Of a stretch of DNA of 64,000 nucleotides, positions 1 through 10,923 are shown one piece after another; within the stretch, counting starts at the first letter, position 1, and the number at the start of each line of letters is the position of its first letter. The notes under the pieces were generated by a model. The model was not told where the DNA came from and did no database searches. It worked only from the letters and a program-made list of their open reading frames with translations. The translations under genes were made by a program, and so were the position numbers. Where the stretch lies: positions 125,285 to 189,284 of the forward strand of contig CAWDSQ010000016.1 of the NCBI GenBank assembly GCA_963804955.1, in the 5' to 3' direction. This stretch comes from an uncultured delta proteobacterium (lineage in GTDB: Bacteria; Desulfobacterota; WTBG01; CAIYCZ01; CAIRTM01).

Positions 1-492
1 CGTGCCCGTGTCGGGCTCTGCCGCAGCCCTTGAAAAACAGCCGGCCCAGATCATGGCCGCGGCATTGTCTCAATGACCACATGCACCTGTTTGCCCGCTT
101 CAAAGCCCGGACCCAGGGCAATTGTAAGCGGCGCCATGTCCATGCGCATGCCCGTATCGCGCTTGGCAAGGGTGGCATCAACGACGACATCTGCCTTATA
201 GTCTTTCAGAACAGCAGCCGCAGGATCGACCAGCACCGGGATTTGACCCGCTGCCAGGCTCTCTTGAATTTCATGATATTGAGTGCGCATTTCGTGCGCG
301 GTACATCTCTTCAACCAGCAGTTTCCCCGTCGATAACCGCCTGGGCAAAAGACACGGTCCGCCGCACGACCAGCGGCTGGCAACTTCAAGCAGCAGCACC
401 TTAAACCCGCTGCGGAACAGACGGTGCGCAACACCGGTGGCCAGATCGCCACCGCCGCGAATAATGACGCACATGTCTTTAATCTCTTTCAT
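1..492 (-). CDS. yqeB: YqeB/EF2563-family selenium-dependent molybdenum hydroxylase maturation protein (frameshifted, runs off window)
   Basis: N-term VIIRGGGDLATGVAHRLFRSGF (ORF 271-492), then IPVLVDP..DVVVDATLAKR..IALGPGFEAG..VVIET (ORF 51-452), the YqeB signature. Confidence 0.85.
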
Positions 493-726
493 AAAAAGCC
501 TTTATGATGAGGCTTTTAGAGCACCTTTGCCGAAGTGCATTCCAAGACCTCCGGCAAAAGCGCTTAAAGGGTATTTGAGGAAACGAACCGAACGAAGTCG
601 TTCGGGTTCGATGAACAGCCTGAGCGGTCAAACTGTTCGGTCATGGCAGGACGCTTCTATCTGCCATCACCGGAAAGCTGGACAGTGTCTGAACCAACAA
701 GGCGGATTAACATCCCGAAACTTAAT

Positions 727-760
727 AAAAGCAGGCGCCCCTTTCGGGGCGCCTGCTTTT
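727..760. terminator. Bidirectional intrinsic terminator after the Mo-hydroxylase operon
   Basis: AAAAGCAGGCGCCCC-TTTC-GGGGCGCCTGCTTTT perfect hairpin just past the stop at 772. Confidence 0.9.
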
Positions 761-771
761 GTACAGCACTT

Positions 772-3159
772 TTACTTAATACCCTGTTCCTTGATAGCCT
801 TCAGCACCTTCTCAGCGGTGATGGGGGCTTCGTTAAACTGGATGCCGATGGCGTCGTAAATTGCATTTGCAACCGAGCCGATCGGACCCATGAGTGCCGA
901 TTCACCGCAGCTCTTTGCTCCCATCGGGCCGATGGGATCAGGAGCGCTTTCAACCAGAATGATTGTAGCATCGGGCATATCAGACGGTCCGAGCATCTTG
1001 TAGTCGGTAAAGTCAGTGTTCAGCACGCGGCCCTGCTTGTCATAGGCGTACTCTTCCGTGAGCACAAACCCGAGACCCTGGTGCGCGCCGCCTTCCAGCT
1101 GACCTTCGACTGAAGGCGGATGGATGGCTTTGCCGATATCGTGAGCATTCACCAGCTTAAGCACTTTCACCTCGCCGGTCTCGGTGTCCACTTCGACTTC
1201 GGAGATGCAGGCGCCGAAGGGCGGTGAGCAGTGCTTGGCAAAGTAGCTTGAATAGCCCTGGATCTGGCCCGGGATACCAATGGTCTTGCCGGTGGCTGCA
1301 TCAATGTAGTTATAGACGCCTTCCTTGGCGATCTTCACGGCGCTGATCGACTTCTGGGGATTGCCCTTAACGCTTATGATCTTGTCTTTCATTTCAAGAT
1401 CTTTCACATTGGCTTCCAGAAGCTGGGCAGCCCGCTCAAGCAGCTGCTTCTTGACGCTTTCGCAGGCTTCGATGGTGGCAGGTCCTGCGCAGTATACGGT
1501 ACGGCTTGCATGAGCGCCGATGTCAAAACCGCACATATCGGAGTCGCCGGACCGCAGATGGATATCCTCCATCGGGAAACCCAGCGTTTCAGCCGCCATC
1601 TGCGTTATGGCGGTATGGCCGCCGGTGCCGAGATCGGATATCTGCTGAATCAGCTCGACCGTGCAGTCTTCATTGAGCTTGGCCGTGCAGACGGAATGCT
1701 CAAGCAGCATGGGAAAAGCGCCTGAGGTGTGCTGCATGACGGCAACGCCCAGACCGCGGCGCTTGATGCCGGTCTGCTTGGCATACTTTTTCTTCTTTTC
1801 ATACCAGCCGATCTCTTTGGCTGCAAGATCGATGCAGTCATTGAGACCGTCGGAGGCGTAGGTCACGCCCTTCAGCCATGTCTCATCGCCGATACGACTT
1901 GTGCCACTTCTTGCGCCACTCGAGCTCGTCCAGACCGAGCTCCTTGCACATCCGCGTGATCATCTGCTCGCCGGCAGAAGGTCAGCTGCGGGTTGCCGTA
2001 GCCGCGGTAGGCGCCGGTGGGCACTTCATTGGTGAAGTAGCCTTCGGTCTGGCAGCCCATGGCCTGCCATTTGTACATGCCGTGAAGAAAAGCGGCGCGC
2101 AGAATGGCGGCCCGGAGCCATGGGTATAGTAGCCGCCTTTGCGGGCCATGATACATGGCATCGAGTGCGACGGGGGTGCCGTCTTTTTTGAAGCCGCATC
2201 TTGAACCAGCAATGGCCGGGATAGCGGGTTTCAGAGGCTACCCAGTCTTCCTCGCGCAGGAACTCCATGCGCACGGGGTGGCCGGGCACTGCCATGGCCA
2301 TGGCGCAGGCATGGGGCTCGCCGATCATGCCCAGGCGAACGCCGAAACCGCCGCCCACAATGGTCTGCACCAGGCGAACGCGGGTCAGGGGCAGCTCGAA
2401 CAGCTCGGCAATCAGCACCTGCACGGGCTTGGGCATCTGGGTTGATGTCCAGATGTTCAGGCGGCCGCGCTCATCATAATGGGCCACATAGGAGTGGTTT
2501 TCCATCTGGCACTGCTTCTGCTTGGGAACATAAAAGCGTGTCTTCGATTACATAATCGCACTTGTCAAACAGCTGGACCGCGCGTTTTGCCGTTCTTGTC
2601 GTTCCAGCCATAGCGCTTGCCCGGGAAGAACGATTCGGGCAGATCAAAAGCCATGTTGCCGGGCTTGAGCGGGCGTGAACAGATAGCCGTTCTTCTTGTC
2701 GCCTTCGGCCTTTGATGCCTCGCAGGTCATAAAAACGGGCAGGGGCTCATAGGTGACCTTGATCTTGTCTGCTGCGCGCTCGGCTGCTTCTTCGGTTCTT
2801 GCGATAACGCCGCAAATGGCATCGCCCTGATGCTTGACGACCTTGTTGAAGATGTTCAGGTCGGCGATTTCGCCGAATACTTCGCCGAAAATTTCAGGCA
2901 CGAGCAGCTTCATAACCGTCGTGTTGTAGGGTTTTTTCGTGACATCATCGGGGCCGATGATTTTTACGACGCCGGGCACCTTCAATGCTTCGGTAAAATC
3001 AAGCTTTTTGACTTTAGCGTGAGCATATTCCCAGCAGCGCACGACTTTGCCGTAGTACATGCCGGGCATGCGCATGTCGCCGGCATAGATGGACTGACCG
3101 GTTACCTTCTCACGGGAGTCAACTTTGGGGATTCGTTTTCCAATAACGGATTCTGCCAT
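772..3159 (-). CDS. Xanthine dehydrogenase-family molybdopterin-binding large subunit (several frameshifts)
   Basis: IGKRIPKVDSREKVTG, VGGGFG, GAYRGYGNPQ, DTETGEVKVLK..HDIGKAIHP..GQLEGG, GAKSCGE across ORFs 2644-3159, 2026-2505, 1872-2156 and 772-1866. Confidence 0.9.
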
Positions 3160-3174
3160 GCTGTTCCTCCTTTC

Positions 3175-3726
3175 CTATCGCTTGCCGGCGGCTGTTTTTT
3201 TACTAGCCACCTGAACAGCTTTGACAATTTTTACATATCCGGTGCAGCGGCAGATATTGCCTTCCAGACCGCGCCGGATTTCCTCTTCCGTGGGCTTTGG
3301 GTTCTTCTCAAGAATGGAAACTGCCTTGAGAACCATGCCCGGCGTGCAGAAGCCGCATTGTATGGCGCTTTCATCGACAAAGGCCTTCTGAACGGGATGC
3401 AGCTCGCCATCTTTTGCAAGACCGGCAGCGGTGATGATATGCTTGCCGTCCATGGTGGCTGCCAGTGCTATACAGGCAAGAATGGGTTTCTTCTTCGCCT
3501 TTTCGATGGAGCAGTAGGTTGTGTGGGCGTCGACGGTCTTGCATTTCATGCCGCCTTCTTCCACCAGCAGCACGGTGCAGGCGCCGCATTCGCCGCGGCC
3601 GCAGCCGTATTTAACGTCAGTCAGGTTCAGCTGATCCCTGATGACCTGAAGAAGGGTATGATGAACGGGTACGTTCAGATTATACTCCTCCCCATTTATA
3701 TACAGGGTTATTGCACGTTTTTTCAT
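3175..3726 (-). CDS. (2Fe-2S)-binding small subunit of XDH-family enzyme
   Basis: GCGRGECGACTV and QCGFCTPG..GNICRCTGY motifs. Confidence 0.95.
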   Translation of the reverse strand: MKKRAITLYINGEEYNLNVPVHHTLLQVIRDQLNLTDVKYGCGRGECGACTVLLVEEGGMKCKTVDAHTTYCSIEKAKKKPILACIALAATMDGKHIITAAGLAKDGELHPVQKAFVDESAIQCGFCTPGMVLKAVSILEKNPKPTEEEIRRGLEGNICRCTGYVKIVKAVQVASKKTAAGKR

Positions 3727-3769
3727 GATTAAATCTCCTTAAAGATAATGTTGTGAAATAGTCCTGTAA

Positions 3770-4640
3770 TTACTTTCCAAGTGCTTCAACAATTATGCGC
3801 TTGACCATGACGCCCGCTACATCGCGCCGATACTCTGCCGTGGAGCGAACATCATCAATGGGCTTAATTTCCGTGGGGACTGTTTCAACAATCTTCTGGA
3901 GAACATCGTCGGTAATCTGGCTGCCTTTCAGGAGCGCCTCGACTTTTTTCAGCCGAATGGTGGTCGGCGCCACTGCGCCGATGGCAACGCGTGCTTCCTT
4001 GCAGGTCTTGCCTGACATGTCCAGACGCACGGCAACATTGACCTTGGAAAGGTCAAGGGTGGTGCGGGTCATGCGGGCAAACGCATTGCAGGAGCCGGTT
4101 GTCACCGGGGGCAGCTTTATTTCGACGGCAAGTTCATCGCTTTTGCAGGCCGTTTCTTTATACTTCACGATAAAAGTCATCGATGCTGACTTCCCGCTTG
4201 CCCTTGGGGCCGCGCAGGACCAATTTGCCGCCAATCGCAAGGATCGCGCAGCAGCAGTCCCCTGAGGGGGAAGCGCGCATGATATTACCAACAACGGTGC
4301 CCATATTGCGTGTCTGGGGCGTACCGTTAATGGCTGCTGATTTCCACAGAGCAGGATATCTCTTCTGCACGTCGGCATTGTCGGCAACCTGTTGCAGCGT
4401 TGCCATGGCGCCGATGCGCAGCCCGTTTTTGCTGTCGTACTCGACATAGTCAAGACCGGGAATTTCGGCAAGACTGATAACATTGGGGCTGCCAAATCCC
4501 TTGGTCAACGAGATCACTACGTCGGTGCCGCCAGCCATGACGGAAGCCTTGTTTTTCAGCTTGCCAAGCAAGTCAACGGCTTCCTTGATGCTCTGGGGCA
4601 TCAGCAGCTCGAATTCCGGCAGTATTCGACTACTGGCCAT
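3770..4640 (-). CDS. FAD-binding medium subunit of XDH-family enzyme (one frameshift)
   Basis: MAGGTD, IGAMATL, RNMGTVVGN, AIGAVAPT, PIDDVRSTAEYR; RBS AGGAGG. Confidence 0.9.
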
Positions 4641-4821
4641 AAGTTAAACCTCCTTATTCAATTAGTTTAAACGTGTACGTGGGTTTCTACCAAATATAAA
4701 GGCTTTCTGTTCCAGCCACCTCCTTTCGAAACTGATTTGTATAAAATAAAAAGAACTGAATGATTCTTGCGTCGTGCTGCTATCGCTTCCGCAACAGCGG
4801 CATACTCAGACTGCTGCCAAT

Positions 4822-4852
4822 AAAAAACCGGTCCCGTGACGTCAAGGACCGG
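4822..4852 (-). terminator. Riboswitch expression-platform terminator upstream of the XDH operon
   Basis: Minus strand CCGGTCC-TTGACGTCACG-GGACCGG-TTTTTT. Confidence 0.75.
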
Positions 4853-4874
4853 CTCGCTTACAATCGCGAACCGT

Positions 4875-4972
4875 ATCTCCTTTCCGCCACGGGAGGCATG
4901 ACCTTTCGGGCCATGCCCTGTCGTCCGTCTGTTCACAAGCTTGGGCTTTTAGAATGCGGCCGGCTTGGAGAT
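4875..4972 (-). ncRNA. Moco/Tuco riboswitch aptamer (P3-less form)
   Basis: Minus strand CUCCAAG..P2..AGGG-CAUGGCC-CGAAA-GGUCAUG-CCUCCCGUGGCGGAAAGGAG, matching the Moco motif 3' core; lies upstream of a molybdoenzyme. Confidence 0.85.
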
Positions 4973-5080
4973 CCCTGCTGTTCCGAATCTCTGCCGCGTA
5001 TGCCTGCTCTGCCGCTACGAGACTTTACACTCTACCCTTACGCACCCGGGAGCGTCAACGCGTCGCCGGTAAAAAATGCG

Positions 5081-6412
5081 GCAACATAAAAATGTCACCC
5101 CAGCGGGCTCAGTCACACGCGCTGCCATGGGCCAGCACCGCATAGGCCCAGGTCGAATTTCCCGGCTCGCTGCGCGGTTTGGAGCTATTTGCCGGTCACC
5201 GGCTCGCGCACCGGCGTGGGACCATGGCCGGCAATAACAGTCATTGCCATAATAGACCCGCCACGAGCCGTCCAGAAGCTGCCGCACCTCGACCGGCGCT
5301 TTTGCATATGATATGCGCTTGCGGCCGGGCGGCACATCGATTCGGATATCCCCGAGCACGACCTTATTATCATGCTGCACGGTTGCGGGATAATAAAAGC
5401 TGCAGACCCGCTCAAGATCAACGCCTTCGGGCAGCTTCCGCCATGCAGGCTCGGGCTGTTCGGGCTCGCAGGCATGGCTGCGGTTGAATGCCGCTATAAG
5501 GCCATGATCAAGCAGCTTATTGGCCTTGTCAGTTCTGCTATATCTCTGCCTTCAAACTGGCCGGCAAGAAATGTTTCAAACAGAAGCCGTAATGCTCATG
5601 ATCCGGCGCTTGCTTTCAAGATAATGCGCGATGCCCAGCGCCTGCAGCGCCCGCTCGACCTGGCTCGGGTCCCGCTCGCCGCGCAGCTCCTCTTCAAGAG
5701 TCCAGGAGCGGTCGCTGCGGCGCACGGCGCTGCGGCTGTGCTGGCAGAATGCCGGTGGCACGCCGCAGGTGCGCACAACCTCACGCATCAGCCAGAGATA
5801 CGCCTCTGCTTGTTTGTGCCGGGAAAAAGCGCGCCGCAAGACAGCTCAGCGTGGCCGTGTCGACCGCTGCCATAAAGCAGCTTTCGTGCTCGCCAAACCA
5901 TTTTTTCGTAATGCCGCCCCACAGCACCATCATGCCTTCACTGGCATAGCAGGCTGACCGCGGGTCGCCGCTGCCTGTCCTTCCGGCCTGGTTCGCTTGA
6001 TGCCCTCGGCGCGCAGAATTCTTCGAATTGTTTCACGGCTGAGGCTGATGCCGTGCTCGGCCTGCAGCCGCAGCGTTAGCTGCGTATCATTTAGAGCCGC
6101 GTACCGCGTGCGGGCAAGATGCAGAATGCGCGTGCGCACATGATCACTTAAGGCCCTGTGCGAGCGCCTGCCGATATTGCCGTGCAGCACGCCGCGCGCG
6201 CCGTTGCGGACAAATGCCTGCTTGAGCCGTTTTGCCTGCCGGTAGCTGACGCCTATTTTACCTGCGCGCCTCTCGCAGCGTAATATAGCCGTCAAGCACC
6301 ATCTGCAGAAAATGGATGCGCTGGAGCTGACCGGGGCTGAACGCGAGCAACTGCGTTTGCAGGCCGGCGCATCGGCGGCTATCTTCTTGTTGAGCTGTTC
6401 TGCATGGCTCAA
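5081..6412 (-). mobile_element. ISNCY-family transposase derivative, frameshifted and lacking DDE residues
   Basis: LQRIHFLQMVLDGYITLREA..GVSYRQAKRLK..HGNIGR..ISLSRETIRRIL; AAVDTAT; YAKAPVEVRQLLDGSWRVYY; IS-end-like GGTGACATTTTTATGTTGC at 5081-5099. Confidence 0.75.
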
Positions 6413-6487
6413 AAAAACCCCTTCTGCATCATATAGGAAAAAAACAGCGGGGTTTCGCAGTCGGCCATGGTCTGCTCATTGAATATT

Positions 6488-7148
6488 TCACGCGGGGTGC
6501 CCATGTCCACGTTCTTTGCCGTCGGCATATACAATGACTCTATCTGCCAGGCAGTAGGCCTCGAAAATATCATGGGTCACCAAAACAACCGGTATGCGGT
6601 AAAGTTGTGCCTGATGTCGCGCAGAAAGTCGCGCATCTCCGTGCGCAGATGCTGAGTCGAGGGCTGAGAAGGGCTCGTCAAGCAGCAGCAGATCGGGCTG
6701 CCGGATAAGTGCCCGGGCAAATGCCACACGCTGTTTCTGCCCACCTGAAATTTCGCAGGGCAATTTATACTCAAGTCCTTCAAGGTGAAAAAGATCCATG
6801 ATGTCCCGCAGACGCCGGTTGCGATCCTGCGGGCTGATGCCTGCGGCGCCGTACAGAATATTTTTTTCAACGGTCATATGGGGGAACAGGGCAAGATCCT
6901 GAAACACATAGCCGATGCGGCGCTTCTGAGGGGGCAGACATATATTCGCTGACGGTATCAAGCAGCACGGTGTCACCAAGCGTTATGAAGCCCTTGTCGG
7001 GCTTCATGTGGCCCGCAATCAGCTGCAGGGTCAGTGACTTGCCTGCTCCGGATGGCCCGAAAATGACGGCGAGCTCATCCCCGACCTCCCAGGAAACAGC
7101 AAGATGAAATCCTTTTACTTTTTTATCGACCGTGACTTTAAAACCCAT
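6488..7148 (-). CDS. modC: Molybdate ABC transporter ATPase (frameshifted)
   Basis: GPSGAGKS Walker [35 protein letters not shown]. Confidence 0.9.
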
Positions 7149-7193
7149 ATCGATATCCTTGCATTCCGGGCTACATGCTCTGTTGCGTGTTTT

Positions 7194-7902
7194 TTAAAAC
7201 GGCGACAGGCCGTTTCTGCCGCATTTGCGAAACCGCGCGGTCAGGCTGTTTGCGATCAGGAGCAGCCCGCCGGATACGACTGTAAAAACCGCGACCATGA
7301 CATGCGCCCGCGGCCAGTCGCCGCTTGCAGCGCTTGTGTAAATGGCAAGGGGCATGGTGTCGGTTCGGCCGGGAATATTGCCGGCCATCATGAGGGTTGC
7401 CCCGAATTCGCCCATAGCACGGCAAAAGAGAGCAGAAGCGCGCCGGCAATGATTCCCGGTTTTGCCAGGGGCAGTATCACTTTGAAAAAAGTTTCAAGCT
7501 CGGAGCGGCCCAGGGAATATGATGCATTTACTAAATTGACATCGACCGACTTCAATGGCGGCCCGTGATGTCTTGACCATCAGCGGCAGAGACACGACAA
7601 ACGAGGCCAGCACAGCGGCATACCAGGTAAACATGATGCTCAGGCCCTGTACTCTCGTATATCCAGCTGCCCAGAAAGCCGTTTCTGCCAAAAAAGATAA
7701 TCAGGTAGTACCCTGTCACGCTCGGCGGCAGCACCAGCGGCAGGGTGCAGAGCATGTCAAGCAGCTGCCTGCCGCGAAAGTCACATCGCGCAAGAACATA
7801 GGCAGCTGCCATACCAATAACGATCACAAAGCAGGTTGCGGTCAGTGCGACCTGCAGCGACAATCGGAGTGAAAAAAGTGTTGTGCCGTCAAGACCGCTC
7901 AT
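7194..7902 (-). CDS. modB: Molybdate ABC transporter permease (frameshifted)
   Basis: LSLQVA, TLPLVLPPSVTGY, GEFGATLMMAGNIPGRTDTMPLAIY. Confidence 0.9.
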
Positions 7903-8676
7903 GGTTTTGCAAAACCGTATTTTTCAAGAATGCTGCGTGCTGCGGTGTCACCGGCAACAAACTCGCACAAACGTTCTTGCCGCTTGTGGGCTTTTCGTGT
8001 TTTTTATAACCGCTGCCGGATACAGCACCGGGCTGTGAGCTGCTTGCGGGACACGCAAAAAAAATGCTCGCCCCGGTCGGCTGCGTGAGCGCATCGGTTT
8101 TGTACACAATGCCCGCATCGACTTCTCCGCGAACCACATAATCGAGCACCTGTCGCACATTTTCACCCATAATGAGTTTTTCTTTGAGCACATCGCTCAA
8201 CTTGAAAAAAGCAAGCACTTCCCCTGCATACCGTCCGGCGGGAACGGTCTGCGGATTGCCGATACCGATTCTGCGAACTTCGGGTTTTTTTAAATCGTCC
8301 ATGCCTGCAAGCTTCAGGCTCGACTGGGAGGGTTTCACAAGGACGATACTGTTGCCGGCAAACACAGCCCGGGTTTCGGGGATCGAGTAGATGTTTGCTT
8401 TCTATGTCATTCATGTCTTTGGGCGATGCCGAGGCAAACACATCAACCGGCGCGCCCGCTTCGATCTGCCGGGCAAGGTCGCCGGAACCGCCGAAATTGA
8501 AAAGCACTTTAACCGTCGGGTTTATTGCTTCAAAGCTCTTGCCAATCTCTTAAAAAGCGTTTTTCAGGCTGATGGCGGCGGACACGGTTATCTCGGCCTG
8601 TCCGGAAGCATTGAAACGGGTAGACAGAGAAAAAGCAAAGGGCTGCGGCGGCAAACAGGAAACGTTGACGATTCAT
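7889..8676 (-). CDS. modA: Molybdate ABC transporter substrate-binding protein (frameshifted)
   Basis: FNFGGSGDLARQIEAGAPVDVFASA, GNPQTVPAGRYA, ENVRQVLDYVVRGEVDAGIVYKTDA; RBS AAGGAGG before ATG 8676. Confidence 0.9.
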
Positions 8677-8703
8677 GGTCCTCCTTCATGAAAAACGGGC
8701 AAT

Positions 8704-8738
8704 AAAAAAAGCCGCTCCCGTGGCGACACGAGACCGGC
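8704..8738 (-). terminator. Riboswitch expression-platform terminator upstream of modA
   Basis: Minus strand GCCGGTCTCGTG-TCGC-CACGGGAGCGGC-TTTTTTT. Confidence 0.75.
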
Positions 8739-8757
8739 TCATTGGAGCAATCGACCA

Positions 8758-8855
8758 ATCTCCTTTCCGCCACGGGAGGCATGACGTCTTTCGGCATAAG
8801 CCCTATCGGTCGAACATCCATTGTTTTTTTACGGTAGGACTTTCGACTCGGAGAT
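8758..8855 (-). ncRNA. Moco/Tuco riboswitch aptamer (P3-less form) upstream of modABC
   Basis: Minus strand CUCCGAG-UCGAA..UUCGA..AGGG..GAAA..CCUCCCGUGGCGGAAAGGAG; 3' core identical to the 4875-4972 copy. Confidence 0.88.
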
Positions 8856-8875
8856 ATAGTTTGTAATTATTAGTA

Positions 8876-8904
8876 ATAATAATGATTTTGTCTATGTGCG
8901 TCAA
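8876..8904 (-). promoter_or_regulatory. sigma70-type promoter for the riboswitch-modABC transcript
   Basis: TTGACG-17bp-TATTAT about 20 nt upstream of the aptamer. Confidence 0.6.
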
Positions 8905-9070
8905 GGGTTGAATAGAAAAAACTAATTGCAGAATTATTTTGTCCCCATGGCCGGATGACCTTGTAGCTTCCCTCATGCGCCCTGCCCCCGCTGGGTTGTG
9001 GCTTTGATGCTGCGCGTACTCTATTGTTCCCATATTTTGTCCCTAGCAAGCTCCCTGCTGCAAGGATTCT

Positions 9071-9087
9071 TTCAATAGTCGTGCCAA
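9071..9087 (-). promoter_or_regulatory. Putative sigma54 (-24/-12) promoter
   Basis: TTGGCAC-GACTA-TTGAA, divergent from a sigma54 activator gene; the -12 element is TTGA rather than TTGC. Confidence 0.55.
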
Positions 9088-9159
9088 GATAAACGGTGGG
9101 TAATTGCAATGAAAAAACGGCCCTTTTTACGGGAAAAACTTGACACGGGGTAGGAATTG

Positions 9160-9194
9160 TGTCCAAATATGGACAGCGTGACCATTTGTGGTCA
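9160..9194. promoter_or_regulatory. Tandem palindromic enhancer (UAS) candidates for the adjacent activator
   Basis: TGTCCA-AATA-TGGACA (9160-9175) and TGACCA-TTTG-TGGTCA (9179-9194). Confidence 0.6.
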
Positions 9195-9296
9195 GAAGAC
9201 GGGCACATCGCCGACAAAATGATGTGGCAGAAACAGGGGCAGACAAAAGACCTGCGGCTGCTGGCCGTACAGGCCTGTCCTATGAAAGAAACCCGC

Positions 9297-10799
9297 ATGG
9301 ATGAGCTGCAAAACTATCAGACTCTTCTGCAAATCACCAACGCCACCATCAATGAGCGCACGCGGGAGGGTCTATTCCGGGAGATTGCGACCGTGCTCAG
9401 CCCTGTCTTGCTTTGACCGCATCGAGCATTCTGATCAACAACCCCGGTAAATCCCACTGGGAATATTTCACACCCGCTCTGGGTGCTACCATCCCGGACT
9501 TAAAAATAACACCATACCCCCGGAGCGGGCGGCGGTGCCCGTGCGCGTCATGACGGAAAAACGAACCATCATCACTGATCTTGACCGGGACAGCGGCCTT
9601 CCGGAAGCCGCGCTTTTGCGGCGGGCCCGGATTCGCTCTTTTGTCTGCACGCCGCTGCTCATGCGCGACCAGGTGCTCGGATCGGTACAGTTTTTTACCG
9701 CGACGCCCGCCCCTATGCGCCGAGGAGATCGAGCTGTGCGAAAAAGCATGTCGGCAGATCGCCCTTGCCATCGACAATATGCTCGCCTACGAGTCCCTCG
9801 AACAGATGCGGGACCAGCTCTCTAGGAAACAGCCTTCCTCCGACGGGAAATGGCCAGCATCGACTGCGCCGAGATCGGTATGCAAGCCCTGCATGGAGCG
9901 TATCATCGAAATCATTAAGGCCGTTGCCGACGCCGACACGACCGTGCTCGTCACCGGCGAAACCGGCACAGGCAAAGACCTCGTCGCACGCAAGATCCAT
10001 GAATGGAGCTCCCGCCGGGCAATTCTTCATAAGGTCAATTGCGCCGCCCTGGTGCCCACGCTGATAGAAAGTGAACTGTTCGGCCATGAAAAAGGCGCCT
10101 TTACCGGCGCTGCGGCACGCAAAATTGGACGGTTTGAGCTTGCCCAGAACAGCACGCTGTTTCTTGATGAAATCGGCGAGCTGCCGCTGCAACGCAGGCA
10201 AAGCTGCTGCAGGTTCTGCAGGAGCACGAGTTCGAGCGCGTGGGCGGCACGGAAACCATTCGTACCGATGCTCGCATCATCGCGGCAACCAATCACAACC
10301 TCAGCGCGATGGTGGTGGAGGCAAGGTTTCGTGAGGACCTGTTCTACCGGCTCAATATCTTCCCCGTGCCGTGCCGCCCCTGCGGGAACGGCGCGAGGAT
10401 ATAGCAGTTCTGGGCAGGTACTTCGCGCCGCTGTAGCACAAAGCTTCGACGGCCGCAGCCCCGCTTCAACAAAAGCGCGTTGACGTGCTGTTGCGTTACG
10501 ACTGGCCCGGCAATGTGCGGGAGCTTCAGAACTTCATGGAAAGGGTGATCATACTGAAATCGAACCAAACCATGACCGGCGACGATATAGCACCATGCTC
10601 AACAGTTCAGCGACGCAGCGCGACGGCGCGTGACCCTTGAAGACGCCGAACGACGCCACATCGAAACATGCTCTGAAAAATGCAACGGTGTCATTGCAGG
10701 CCCGCGGGGCGCTGCCGAGCAGTTGAACATGAAACGAGCACGCTGCAGCACCGCATGAAAAAGCTGGGGGTTCAGGCAGACACGTACAGAAAGGCTTGA
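9297..10799 (+). CDS. sigma54-dependent transcriptional activator, GAF-AAA+-HTH (FhlA-like; frameshifted)
   Basis: [52 protein letters not shown]-terminal GAF-like region. Confidence 0.9.
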
Positions 10800-10822
10800 T
10801 CTCTTCCGGCAGCAGGGCACAC

Positions 10823-10858
10823 AAAAAGCTCCGGCTGTACGTACAGCCGGAGCTTTTT
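10823..10858. terminator. Bidirectional terminator between the convergent activator and hemA
   Basis: Perfect 36-bp palindrome AAAAAGCTCCGGCTGTAC-GTACAGCCGGAGCTTTTT. Confidence 0.85.
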
Positions 10859-10923
10859 ATAGAGAGCATATCTTCATTAAAAAAGTTCCCGGCAGACCTT
10901 GAAATACAGATAAAGCTCTAAAA

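Noticed and set aside
772..4640. Selenocysteine (in-frame TGA) in the XDH subunits, given the yqeB neighbour
   Set aside because: The breaks I examined change frame rather than read through a TGA, and Se in this enzyme class is a labile cofactor ligand, not Sec
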